This document shows positions 1 through 13,100 of a stretch of 64,000 nt of DNA, piece by piece (the first letter of the stretch is position 1; the number at the start of each line of letters is the position of its first letter). The notes under the pieces were generated by a model that did no database searches, was not told where the DNA came from, and saw only the letters and a program-made list of their open reading frames with translations. The translations under genes and the position numbers were made by a program. This DNA is from Raillietiella orientalis (Eukaryota), in contig JAYWIR010000022.1 of assembly GCA_036172245.1 (NCBI GenBank), positions 1,364,001 through 1,428,000 of the forward strand. The letters run 5' to 3'.

Positions 1-230
1 AACGCCAAGCTTTCCTCGGGAGCACAGGAGCGTGGAGGATGACGAATACGTTCGAATGCGTATGCGCACTTTGCCGCGCTCTTGTGGCCTCTGAACGCAT
101 CTTTGATGCAGAGTACTTATGGAAACAGAGTACGGGTCGTCCTCAACACTCTTCGCCAAGAGATCGAAGCAACAACAAAAAAAGGAATTCTCATCTGAGC
201 ATCTGCCTGTCGGCTGGGGAAATCAGGGAA

Positions 231-260
231 TCTCTCTCTCTGTGTGTGTGTGTCTCTCTC
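231..260. repeat. Compound microsatellite (TC)n(TG)n(TC)n
   Basis: Directly visible. Confidence 0.9.
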
Positions 261-789
261 CTTTTATAGAGCTCCTTCGTTCACGTTCATCCCGTTTCGT
301 TCGTCCCGAACAACCTGGCAATGCAATCGTTCGTGTGCAGTCTCCCGCTCGTCGCGTTTCTTGGAGCCTGTAGAAAGGGGAGCAGCCACCTCTCGCCTCT
401 CCGGACGAACAAGGGAGACAGTCCCCTCACTCTGCGGCGGACGGCTGCTGGCAACGTGTGGGAAGCTGGAGTCGTCAGCCACAGGAGCAGTGGATCCGAG
501 CAGGAGACAGAGGAGTCCTGGAAGCTTCCTCGTAGCAAGCGGGCGAAGCTCAGAGGGAGCGAGCGTCCATCGTCTGCCGCCTCGGGTGAGAGGCGTGGAG
601 GACGCGCGTGCAAATGCGCGCTCTCTCTTTCTCACGGAGGAGGGTTGGCAGCTGCTGTCTGCGCGCCTGTGGCTGCCGTCGCGATTCGCGTTGGTCTCGA
701 GTTCTGGGCTTGCTCCAGGCACTTCTGCCTTGCATCCGACGAGCAAGTCACCTCCTATGGAGCAGGTGCTCGCACGCAGCACATGTTCC

Positions 790-990
790 TTCGCCCCTCG
801 GATCCTTCGAAAGAACCTCCTCCAGAGATCCAGGGGTCCACAAACTCAGACCCGATTCCGATGGAAACTGCCCTATTCTCTGCCCTCCCCAGACTTTCCG
901 TTCCGAGCACTCTGCGCGTGGAGGACCTATCGTATCGGGAGCAATCCCTTTCTCGAGATAAGCGATAGAAGACCCTTCGGGGATGCGGGA
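790..990 (+). repeat. Possible older, diverged fragment of the same SINE body
   Basis: Loose matches to copy C (CCCCTCGGATCCTTC vs CCCTCCGGGGTCCTTC; CCCTTT...GAGA...CCCTTCGGGG) at similar spacing. Judged by eye only. Confidence 0.3.
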
Positions 991-1179
991 TTTCGTGGCT
1001 CGACCATCTTTCCTAGGCAATGTCTTGGTTTTTTCTTAGGTTGGAGGAAGAAGGAGGAGGGAGGGGGTTCGAAAAAATTTGCACCCCGTGCTGCGTCGTC
1101 GTCAGACCTGCTCGATTCGTTCACGCGACCTCGTGGATCATTTGCCTCTCACCTCGGAGTCGCGCGCCTGGCGGCTCAT

Positions 1180-1868
1180 GCAGCTCTTTGACGCTGTTCC
1201 ACGCTACCCGGAGGTGCATGTGATTCTTCATGATTGGGGAACCTGGGAGGGGACCATTCTGTGAATCCAGGAAGGGTTCGGAGTCCGTTCCTCTCGCGCC
1301 TGGGGAAGGATTACCGAAGGGAACCCTTCACCCCGGTTGTCTCCAGAGGGATCTCCGAAGAGGATCGCTCCATTTTTTTTTATCCAAAGGGAACCCGCAA
1401 GGGAACCGCTCTCGTTTACTCCTCTGAAGAAAACTTCGAAGGGATGCTTCCGAAATTTCTCAGAAGGGCGCTCTTTGAAGGAAACAGAACGCGTCTTTGC
1501 ACTCTGGAGAGGTAACATCAATCCGCCAGCTCCATGGTGCGAGACGGAGGGTCCACCCACAAGAGGGAGGTACGATGATTCCATTTGCACAACCGGAGGA
1601 GAACCCCGAAGGGAACTCCCACTCCTTGATTCTGTTTCCTGGAAGGATCCGGAGGGTCGACTGCAAATCCCAGCCACTCATTAGGAGCATCCGGTTTGAA
1701 CCGCTACCAGATCCTCACCCGAATAGTGGCCAACCATCGTCATCTTGCAGGAGGAACTCGAACCCACGACACACACCCCATCTCTCGGCGTCGATTCTTT
1801 CCGAGTATTCGAACCTGCGACGCTTGGAGGTGCCAAATGCGGCGGCCGCAGGCACATGACCTCCGACC
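1180..1868 (-). mobile_element. tRNA-headed SINE-like repeat, copy A
   Basis: The reverse complement aligns by eye along its length with 41853-42590 (shared blocks such as TGAATCCAGGAAGG..CGGAGTCCGTTCCT, TTTACTCCTCTGAA, GCATCCGGTTT.AACCGCTACCAG). The head carries B-box GGTTCGAAT at 1815-1807. Confidence 0.75.
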
Positions 1869-3442
1869 TAGAGTGCTTATGTGTCTTCGTGAGCTTCGCC
1901 TCTCGGAGCAGAGAATGCCGCCGTTATCCCCCCCCCCCCCTCTCACTGCCACTTGCACGCCCTCCTTGTGCATCTTCTTTTACCAAGATACCCTGCAGCT
2001 TGGCGTGAACGCGGGAGCCCCGAAGACACAGGAGAGAGCAGCTCCTGAGGATCCTTGGCGAGGTGACTGCGTCCTCGGCCCTACTCATCTTGCAGGTCCG
2101 ATCTGCGCGTCCGACCACAGGGGGTGCTCACGAGCCACATCCAGACCTGCATCCCGTCCATGCGATGCTTACGAGGTGCTCGCAGTACGTGCGTGAGCTG
2201 CTGTACATGTATGATAACCTGGGGTAAAGCGCTATGCACCATACGAATAGTATACATGATATCGAAGTTCAAACGTGTACAATGTAAAGGAGTACACAAG
2301 GTCACGCATATATCATCATGTGTGTGCATATGCTACACACAGACACGCATCCATATCGTTCATGAACGCACGCACTATGTACACGTCCATTTGTACACTG
2401 TGCATACGTACATGCCATGTATATGGACTACTCACCCACTTGAATACATTCCGACGAAGCGTCGGTGCTTTCCCCGGGACTCATGCTGCCTGAGGTGTAA
2501 GATGTGCACCACAGGGAGCTAGAAGAGCAGATAGATGATGGAGCATGTATCTTGGAAGCTGGGTGACCTCATTGCAAAGCCTTCAGGGGATGCGAAGACC
2601 CCTTCTTCGTATGTATTCTTCACGCATCTTGTTTCTTTTGGAGTGGTTTCCTTGTGGTCCGTTTCGGTCATCTCATTTCAATATCCTTCGTTCCCTGACT
2701 GGTCAGCAGCGGCAACAGCAGTGGAGTGACCCGGAAGGGGATGGAACTAGAAGCCGCCAGGTTTTTCCTGGTGCTGCAGAGAAACGGACGAGTGCGCCTC
2801 CTGGAGGCCAGTCACGACGGTCTTCGGTTTTATGCCTCTCTCTCTCTCTACCTCCCTCCTGCGTGGACCCCGGGACTCTTCGTGTCATGGATGGCTGGGA
2901 TGAAGGAGGCGAACACCCCTTGCCGGCTGTCAAGAGGACCCTGGGTTGGCTACAGCCAGCAGAGGCGTTCGTTGGCATTGTACCGTTGGGCGTGGGTGGC
3001 GACGGACGTTCGTTATCAGATATCAGACGGAAGGTTATCAGGTGATGCGATCGATTTCTCCCCGTGTGTGTGAAGACGGGAGGTCGGACCGCGCCGTTTC
3101 TCTTATAAATTGCATCCTAGGTGCTATCCTTACCCCCGTCTCTCCCCCACTGCACAATGACCGCATCCTCGACGCACTGAAGATCTGAAATAGCCGTTCC
3201 AGCAGCTTCCCGAGACGGACGGAAGAGCAGACAACCCTCTAGTCAAAGGAACCTGGAGAGTCACACGTCGGAAACGTTCGGAATTTCCGGGAACTTTCGA
3301 GCAACGGCACGGTTCTCTCTGCCGACGGCACGCTTCCCGTGATCATCAATACGCATGGCAACGCGGTGTGGCATCAAGCGAGCACTGCAGCAGCAAGACG
3401 GCTAGGTGATGCGCATGCAGACTGACCCCTAGGAACTCTCAC

Positions 3443-3727
3443 CGTATAGACGAATGTGGCTCGTGGCCTCCCCATTCGAATTCTTCGCAATGCATCTGTA
3501 ATCTCCAAAGTCTGAAGTGGTGGTGTTCTTGATGATCAGTGTCATCAGTTTGGAGTAATCACGAGTCTTTTCTTTGATTTCGTACTTCTTGTTCGTGAGA
3601 ATCATCACGTCGCCCAGCATCCAGAACATGATCGCCGAGGGATACGCTTCGCAATGGCAATCGAGCATCACTTGGCTGCCAATTGGTGCTCCCAGAAGTT
3701 GGCTGGTGGTGCGCAAACTCGGAGGAA
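3443..3727 (-). CDS. DIP-delta: DIP/Lachesin-like gene, exon encoding Ig3 (FPPSLRTTSQLLGAPIGSQVMLDCHCEAYP...DFGDYRCIAKNSNGEATSHIRLY)
   Basis: Acceptor ttaattccag|, donor G|gtgaga. Carries the QLxGAP, CxxEAYP and DFGxYRCIAKNSxG motifs of DIP Ig3. Confidence 0.95.
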
Positions 3728-6700
3728 CTGGAATTAACGCATCATATTCAGCACGAGAACGAGGGCGACCGTCGAAATCACCCCGCCCGTATAAGTAGGT
3801 GCTCCCCCCCTCCCCCCAAATCGCAAATGTCGCCAGCACTCTCAGCCAGCTCCGTGGGCTTCACTCGCGGTCCCAGAGGGACGCAAGCGTCTCCGTTTTT
3901 TCCTTGTCTGGCAGATTCGTGGTGCATTTCTGTACCTTTCAGCCATCATCGACAAAGTCTTCGGTGGTCAGATGGACAAACGCTCAGATGGTATGAAGGG
4001 AAACTCGAAGTTACGACGTCAAGAAATGGGCCATGCATACGAAAAAGCCAAAGTCACTGACAGTAAGATCAAAAGGGTGGTGCATACATAGGTTTTTGGT
4101 CTTCGGCAGCAAACATGAAAACGAGTAAGAAATCAATGCTCATACTCCCAAAGAGCACTTTGACAGTAACAAGAAGTGAAGAAAAGAAACAAGCGGATTT
4201 TTCTGGTCCTCTCTAGGACCTTGGAGAAATGTCACAGGAATCGGCAGAAGCTGATATCATCTTAGCATCTGCAGCGAGGTTTCAGGAAGCAACCTCTTTT
4301 TCAAGCCGATGCGCCGTTAAACGCTTAGCTTCCGATCTCCTAAAATTAAGCCCTCATTGGTGGAAATGACTCTTCTCAGCCAGGAACTAGAAGGGGATAG
4401 AAATCCATTCCTGTCTTTGCGTTGAAGCCTCCTTCATTCAGATCATCAAGCAGTCTTTTAAGAATTCGACAATAAACATTCCGAAAGGTTGCTTCAGGTC
4501 CGACCCCTCATGATTTCTTTGGGACTCTGCTTCCTTTTTCACGATCACTTCACTTTCCGTTTCCCACTGAATTTTTCGAGACAAGAAGCCTTTCCTTGGA
4601 TCGCCTTGTCATCACAGCTGCTGTTTCAGAAGCAGGATAAAGCGAGATTCCAGTACCTTTCTATTCCAGCAGGATGGACCTTTCTTTCCCATCCACAGGG
4701 GTGGAGCCTCAAGCTAGCACGCGCAGTTTTCAATGAAGAGTTTTACAAAAATTCCTCCTTGCTTATTCTCATCTGCCCACAGATGACGCGCGCAGCTAGG
4801 ATCGCACCATCTCACATGTACCTAGGCGGAACAGAGGCTGAATAAGTGAATTATGGCTGCTCAGTGCAGTGCGCTGCCAACATCTTTTTTCAGATCTCAG
4901 TTCAATGGCATTTTTTCCGAGCAGTGCTGAAATGTCAGTTGCTTTTCTTCACTGGGATGGATTGCTTTCATTTATAGCCATCTGCTTGCGGAATAGGTTG
5001 TGGTTCGTTTCTACTTCCTCCTTTCGTTAGACACTGGAGGCGTTGCGCCACTGTGCATACGTACATTGGTCTCTGATGTTGCATGGCTCCGGGGGCCGGT
5101 GATCTTCCTCTGCAACTCGACTATGCAGTTCTGTGCTCATTTGTTTGAAGGATGGTGCGCTCACGCGATGTTCCAGCCATGATGGGTATTGGATAAAACT
5201 TGCTGTCCAGTAATCTTCACCTGTTTTTCTCTCCAATCTTGTGATCAGTTCTGCTCGCGTTATTCAGTGCAACGAGGGTTCGGAGCAAGGAAACTCTGGA
5301 CAGAGTCTATTCGGTCTATTCGGAGCTTTCAACGGCACAGAGGAAACGGACCGCCCCTGTGAATTTGTGGACCCGTATTCTCATTCACACCAAAGTCCAG
5401 TGTGGAGAGCTGGATCCACGTTGGAATTTTGGGACCAGTCTTTCAAGAGAATACCATGGAATGCTGATCATTCTTTCGAACTGCCTCCAAAGAGATTTCA
5501 ATTTTTCGTCTAAAGCAAGAAGTCATTCAACAGGAGGAGACCAATTCTCTAAAAGCATCGATCGAATTCTGGGACACTTTTAGACTTAGATCTCAGATTT
5601 CTACTGTGAACGCTTTGGAATCTGATGAACTTTGTGTTGATCTTGATTTTTTTGACTTCTTCACCAGAATAAAATGTGCAGAGACGATGTTCGCCCGGTG
5701 AAGGAATTGGCATCGTTGGGAAAGCGTTCATTGAAGCCCTCTAGATTCAGCTACGTCTGACGCGTCTTTAAAGATCCCGCAGGAACTATCCTACACTAAA
5801 AATCTGTTCCTATGACCAAAACTCCTTGTATACTAACTTTTTATATGCCACAGAAACCGCTAAAGGGAAGAATACCTTCTAATAAGTACACGCAATCAAC
5901 AGTGGAGTTGTTTTTCCTCACTTCCCTTGAGAGGGCACCTTGGCAATACGTGCGCACGTAAGAAGTGGCGGATTCCTCAACTCCAGCTTCCATAGCAATA
6001 GCTTTCAGATTGCGATTCCCTTCAAACAAGGTTCCCTGTTATAAAAACTACCAGTGGAGCTTTCTCTTGCTTCATTTGCTTTTCGCATGCAACGATTATC
6101 GTTTTCAGGTAGTCTGCCATGAGAGTCTCCTGCATTCTGTTCATAGGTCCATTTTCGAACGGTTCGCTTCTTCACCTCCCTTTTCTTCTGATTTTCTCCG
6201 AAGAGAATAAAAATCGTTCGGTGTACTTATGAGATTCATCTCCGGGATAGAAGGCAGCAAAATTTGGTAAAAAAAGAAACGAATCGAATATCAAGCCAAA
6301 AAATCTGTCTCGCTCCTGCGGTGTTCATATGCTCTTTCTGGACTGTCCACTGAAAACAGAAATGCAAACAGACGATTCCTGTTAAATGCATATTTTTTTC
6401 CTTCTATTCAAGTGCTTTTATTTCTAATGCTATTATACCTCTAATCGTCCATAAAACTTCTTACGATTCTTGTTGCTCCTGCCTTTACATGGCTGTTTCG
6501 AGCATCATCAAGCTCGACAGAAAAGACGAAGAAAAAGAAGTCAGTTGCCATGAGCTGCATCCATCAGGTTTCATCAGGCATCATTAGTGCTTCAATATCA
6601 TCGGCAATCGTAAGCAGTTACTATCAGTAACAGCGTTGACCGAGTTAATGCACCGGTTTCTATGCAGCGGCTCCCCATTTGAAATATGGGATAACTTCCA

Positions 6701-9700
6701 TCTTCTCACTGTGCATCACGTATTTATATTCAGATTTTAGATTCGTCAACGCTTGGATTCTTTGTCCTCTGCGTTACGCTCACTTTTCAAGAGAGGCAGC
6801 TGGAGATCAGCTCCGCAGTTTCAATTACGGAATAGCCTTACTCTGGTTTCCACATTAAAGTAAACGAGAGGAAATTTTCGCACCAATTTCCTACTTATTG
6901 TTTCCTCAAATAGAAGATCATTGATCCGTATGATTTTTTTTAATCTGGTTTGTTAGAGGTCTTGAGGAATTTTTCTGAAAGTATTCCTGGACCTTGCGAA
7001 ACTTATCCCTCGTTTCCGCTTTGGTTGATGTACAAACACACAATTCAACTCGGAAAACTTTTGGTTTTTCCCTTGGAGTTGTATTCCTGTAGATTGCTCA
7101 CACGTTTGAGCATCCTCTGAGAGGTGGTCTTTTAAAGCAGATCTCCTATGGAGCACTCGGAGCATGCGTTTGTGTTCAATCCTGTCGATTCTTGAAAGTG
7201 CGGCTCCCTTGATAAGCGGCTCATTTAGCTGAGGAGCTTGACTACTTGTCCTTCTGCTCATAATGGGGCTGAAAGCTTCCAGAAGAGATTAAAATTCAGT
7301 TTTCTAATCTTTCAGCGGAAAGCATCTGGATCTTTCCTGCGTTGTAATGACCTGTGCTTTGCATGCCTAGAAACAGCTTTTACCAAGGCTTTCACAACAA
7401 CAGCTTTTACACCTTTTACCAAGGGTGTCCCCACCCTCACGAGAACTCTCATTAAATGTTGAAGGAGGAATTAAGTTGCTGTCGAAAATTCTCGGACAAA
7501 CTAATCTCTGCACAAATTGCTTGCTATGAAAGACCATTCGATGCAGAGGAGTAACTGTTTACACCAGGACTGAGGATGAAGCACTCTTTGGTGTGCTGGC
7601 ATTTTATTTCTAGCTCGTCTTGTTTGAATTCTGGACACTGGGCTCCAATTCCTGATTGAGCATCGGGATATATTATTTATGGCAATGAAGTCCTAATTAG
7701 GATTCCATTGTCATAATGTTACGCGAGGCTGTGAATTTCAACCCAGCAACCAGCTGTCCGATTACAGCGCCTTCCGAAAGGCAGAGACTGCGGACTGGAC
7801 TTTTTATCACCGCGATGAAGACGCGCGCTTCTGTCCTTAGAGTTTGTTTGGCTTTGTTTCGGAAGTCAAGTCACCGAAAGAGAGAAGCAGTTCTTGTAGG
7901 ACGCTGGGACTATTGAATTACTAGACTCGTTTTGGCTAGTTGCTGTTCCCCTTATTTACGGCTTCACCGTTTCCAGCCGGAAAGGGATCAATTCTCTCCA
8001 CTTTCAAAATGGAGGACTCCAGAGCATAAGTATTCGCATGTCTCATTCTTAAAGGGGGCATTGCTCCAGTTGCAGCACTGAGATGTCAGGTCATTTTTAG
8101 ACTGTTTCTTGATAACGTATTAGTGATCGAAGTGTTAGCTTGTGAGCTATGAGATGAGACGCTTATGAGAGCTTTCTTCCTTCCCACCAAGGGTACTCTA
8201 TCCTTCTTCTTGCTCTCCTGATCCAAAGCCCGGAGTGATTCAGACTCCGTTTAAATCTCTGCGTGCCGTTGGTAAAAAAGTGCTTGTTTGGAGTCTCTGA
8301 CGATGACCGCCTGACAGTTTGTTTGATTTGGTCATCGTCCCTAATGACTTGGACCATGGACTCCTCCTTTAGAAGGAAAATAGTAAGAAGGACGGATAGC
8401 CACCCCCGGACCAACCGCGCCGAAGATTCTTCGGCGCACTCAGGGCTGAGGTGCGACGCGGAAAATTTTGAATCATTTGAATTTTCCTCCATGATAAGTT
8501 TTCTGAGGATTTAAGAGGAAAACAAAAAAAAAAAATTCTTTTCCTGTAAAAGACAATTTACTACGACAGATGGTAAGAGATCATTGCCAGAATTCGAGTC
8601 GGAGCTGAATGTTTCTGGCACCAACTTCTTTCTCTGAAATGAATCTGAAACCATCGGATGGAGATTTCGCAAAGCAATAACAAACGTATTGAACGGCTTG
8701 ATTTTTTCCTCTTACTGGGGGAGGAAGCTGAACATTCTTTCGATTCATCAACGCTTTATGCCAGGACCTATTGCCTTTCGGTTTCGTCGTTTTACCAGAA
8801 CCAAATCAAAGTTTCCATCGGTATCCTCCTTAATGGTTGAGCGGATGCATTGCGAGTTTGTTCATTTCCTCCTCCATTCAAAAACTTTCGATTGCATCTG
8901 TGCCTGCGTGCAGTTCGGAGGCAAAAAAATAGAAAGGCCCGCTTTTCCTCCTTCCTTCCAGAATTTACTATTGTATTCCTCTGGTTCCCGTTAGGCTTCG
9001 TTTTCGATCGAGTTCATGCTCGTCTCGATGAAGAAACCACGGACGAGTGTGGAGTTGGACATCCCGGAAGAAAAATCCTCTCATGCGGGTGGCTCCATCC
9101 GAAGAGACTTTGTCTCTAAGATCTGTTCTCTCTTAAGAAAGTCCACGATAACACTCGTCTCTCCACGAACCTCTGAGGGGAGGGTCCAAGCTCTAAGAGC
9201 AAGACCGTTATCCTCGGGCCATGACCACTCGGCAGCAAGAGGTTTGCGGGACACTGCAGAAAGAAAGCATCCCATCGCATCAGCACAGGGATCCATTTGA
9301 AATCTGTTTTCCTGATGTTTTTCTTTTTCAGGGGGGAGGAAACGAAAAAATTGGGCAGGCGTCGTGCGCAGTGTGGGTCTTCTGTGGTTTTTGAGAATGG
9401 TTGGAAGAAACCGATGCTCCACTCGCGGGTTGCATCTTCGGTGAGAACGGTTTTTGAGAACTCTCTAGCACAAGGGTTTCCTTCTGGTCCCTCGTTCCGA
9501 GTTTCCGGACTTGAACATGATCGCGCAGAGGAGCCATTGGCAAATTGGGTGGGGTGCTTGCCTAGCCTTGAACTGTAAAATCAAGGAAGGGAGGGATGAA
9601 CAGATGCTGACTCTCAAGATCTTGGACAATGCATCTTGGAAGAACGTTGGACCATCATGCGATCCTCTTGCAGCCTTAGAATGGGGAGCGATGCTAGGAT

Positions 9701-10034
9701 GTATTCCAGCAGGAACCGCGTCTGCTTTCGAAGGGGAAGGAAAAAAAAAAAGCTTGGATCAGGAATCTGAGGAGGATTCAGATATTGAGATGCGCACTCG
9801 GCTTCTCACGTTCTCTGTTAGTTTCACGAGATCACATCACACTGATCAATTTTATTTCTTTCGATCGTAAAGAATTCTGGACATTTCCCTCGAGAGTGGG
9901 GATTTCTGGATCACGAGCGGGGTATGCATCAGTTTTTCGGGAACCTTTCGCTCAATTTGACCACACCCATTTGCGGCCAAATCGGCACCGAGATGCAAAT
10001 TACCGAAGACAGGCAAAAGTGGATCTATACTTAC

Positions 10035-10163
10035 ATAGTACTTCCAACGTTATCCTTTTGCTAACTGATGGAGGAACTCCATTGGAAGCGATGCACAGAT
10101 AGGCTGACATCTGGTGCCGGGTGACTTGAGACAAGCTCAGAGTGTCTCCGTGAGAGATGTTCA
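10035..10163 (-). CDS. DIP-delta: DIP/Lachesin-like gene, exon encoding second half of Ig2 (VNISHGDTLSLSQVTRHQMSAYLCIASNGVPPSVSKRITLEVL); absent from the ORF track
   Basis: Read directly from the reverse complement: acceptor ctctgtttccgtag|, donor T|gtaagt. YLCIASNGVPPSVSKRI is a DIP/Lachesin family signature. Phase 1 in and phase 1 out fit both neighbours. Confidence 0.95.
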
Positions 10164-13100
10164 CTACGGAAACAGAGTTGAGATTAGAAGCTGAGAATGC
10201 CTTCCCGACGTCTAGGCACAGCTTTATTCGAGATGTTCAGAAGCAAATGCCTTCGCATCGAACTTCTTTATCAATCAGCGGAGGACGTTTCAATCTCTGT
10301 CTTTTGATGCCAACCGCGTCTTCAGAGATAACGATCCTGGACCGGATCAGAGGAACAAAGCACTGGAAACCTATCTGGGGAGACAGGCAATTCTACGCAC
10401 TCCGAGGTCAAAACGGCACGACCACCGGTACATGTGCACATCCGTTAGTACTGATTTCACGAGGACAGATTCCTCCTTAGGTCTTTCCGTGCTGAACTCG
10501 GAAACGGCAGCTACATCTCGTGAGTTCGTCCTCCTGCACTCTGAACACTCCAGAGAACTCAACCTACTCCGTTCACGGAACCGCAGTGTCGAACAGACCT
10601 TTCGTAAGCATTTTTCTCGAAGACGAAACGATCAGAAGTATGGAGTGGGATTCCAGACAAGATCTTCCAAGTTCCTTTATCATCGTTGATTGTCTTCCGG
10701 CAGCTGCTTGCATTATCCTAGCAACGGATGACATTTTGTTTCGCTTCTTGCCCAGTGCTGAGCCAAGCCAAGTGCTAGAAACAGACAAAGGAGCAACTAG
10801 AGCAGCTTCGCTGGGAGAGATGCTCTCGGAATCTTGTTAGTTAAGATACCGTAAACCAGTCCTCATGAATGCGACCGCTCTAATGTGATTGCGAATGCAG
10901 CGCTGTGCGACAGCTGTTTGTCGAAATTCTCATCGTCCTCTGGTGCTTAATGTCTCGTGATTCATTGAACGAAAGGTTGGATTCTGGAAATTTTCGGTCC
11001 TGATGGTGATGTTTTGGAAGAGATCCTTTCTTGCCCCGAGCTGAGTGATGTGAATCCTTTGTTCTCTCAAGAGATGAGATTTGAATGGGCACACGTGGAA
11101 AGTACCATCGCGGTTAATCGTCCGGAAGAAAAAGTCCGTGCAGCTCGACTCCACTCTGAACTTTAAGGGTGATGATGATGCTGACTGAGATCCATGGACT
11201 TCCCGATTTGCATGCGGGGAAGTCCCCAAGAACGGTTTGTAGACCCTTTGTGAATTGCATTCCAATCAGGATGCTGCAGCCTTCGAGGCAGCTGCAATGA
11301 AGTGCTACGAAACCTCGATAGGATGAGAAAAAGGAGAGAAAACCAGAGCCCAGCATTCTCCAATTACCTTTTGCTTTTTGCTCTTTGTCGTTGCAAGCTT
11401 TCTGCAAAAGTCACAGAAAGAGGAAACAAGGAGAGACGGTAACAGCTAACCCGAATGATTCCGAGGTTCGACAACCAGACATGGGATGCTCGTTGAGCGA
11501 AACTCTTGAAGAGAACTCTTTTACCGACAAAATGTTGCGTTCTCGATCCTTTCGGAAGACACACCAGTCCTACGTGTTCGATCCGCGGTCTTCAAGCGAC
11601 GTTCCCTGCACCTTTACGCTCTCTACGAGGAAGGAAATTGGAGCACGGGTAGAATTCGATCCAGGGTCAGAACGTGGACCAAAGAAGAGAGCCTTCTGTT
11701 AGGCGACTTGGATTAGCGAGGCCCGGTCACGATATGCCGCTTCGAAGGGAAACCGGAAGATGCCCGAATGGAGCGGGCGCCTTGCTCCCGGAGAGCGATG
11801 ACAAAGAGGATTCTCGCTGAGAGATGCCGAGTGCGGCGCTGCCGCTGCCATCATTCAACTTGAAAACCAGCGCCTCCCGTGGTTCGCGCACTGCACACCA
11901 GAGTGGAGCTGCAAGCTGACGATGCTTTCCTTGATAAGCAGCGGAATCCAAGGAAGCGGTTCTTCCCTTCATTCCAGCCGTCTCGTTTCAGAACTTACAA
12001 CGAATTCAGTACAGCACCTGAGGGATTTGCCTCTGCTGCTTGGGAGCAGACGACAGACTTAACGAGAGAGCGCAAGATGACCTCGTGCGGAATTCGGCTT
12101 TTATTGCCGAAATGGAGCCGCAGGCAGCTTTCAAGGTGGCCTTTTTTTACCCTCTGTCCACTGTTAATTTTTTTCCTCTGACAAGCTAGAGCCAATACCG
12201 TCATCTTTCCGTCTCAGGATTAAATTTTTTTCATGACTTCCTCCAGGGAATTCATAGAAAAATGTGAATAAGGCAAATCGTTGAAGGATTAGGGAGAAAA
12301 ATAGGGCTTCTAAAATAAGGAAAGTGAGACTATTCTAACACTAAATTTCAGCTTTTTGTAAAATTAGGCAAAAAAAAAATGCTGGAAAAAGCTTTCAGTG
12401 ATCCTCGTAAATTGAGGAATCTTTGGCATCTCCATCCGTGGCAGTGGCATTTTTTCTCATGCTTAACAATCAGCTCTTGATGATGGATCTGATTTTCTAC
12501 CGAAAATTCTGATTGTTTTTTTTGGTCCCGGAAAAGGAAGAGGCAATTCGGCCCTAAATCCAATAGTCTCTCTTCTTCTCAGTGCATCGCCCAACTGTCG
12601 GATTCTCTTAGACTGCATCCATTTTTCCGAAACTTCTGCTTAATTAGCTGGTCCTAGGATCTTTCTGCAGCTAATGACCTATTTCGTAGGAGAGAGGTCC
12701 TCGTATTTCCGATGGGAATTCCCAGACTTATTTAGAGATCACGTACTCTTAACCCTTCTACTGGATTTTTCTCACCAGCGGAGAGCCATTCGTTCCGAGC
12801 AATTGACCATCCTCTTTCCTTCCTTCTGATCTTCCGCTGAGGATGCCTGCGTGGCCGAAGCCCTTAGACCATCTGAGTATTTCGGATTCTTCCTTGTGAA
12901 TTTGAATGAAGTTCCCCCATTTCCTCCAGCCGGTCCAAACTGCTCACGCCGAGCGAATCCGGAAATCCGGAAATGAATGACTACTTCCCGAGAACTTCCC
13001 CCAAGGATATTAAGCGCGACCATTTGTCGGTGTGTTGACTCACTCTTCGCGAGTCGGAAGGCGAAAACCTTCCATCCAGGAATCCAGGTTTCCAAGGGAC

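Noticed and set aside
244..1191. 315-aa ORF and overlapping long ORFs
   Set aside because: No recognisable domain. Composition is typical of GC-rich non-coding sequence open in several frames.
2380..2395. TACACGTCCATTTG shared with ~40010-40023
   Set aside because: A short match in CA/TA-rich low-complexity sequence with no extended alignment.
6600..6700. Minus-strand QMGS and IADDI traces; similar faint RT-like words near 26200-26450 and 27000-27170
   Set aside because: Too short, and in inconsistent frames or spacing, to distinguish from chance by eye.
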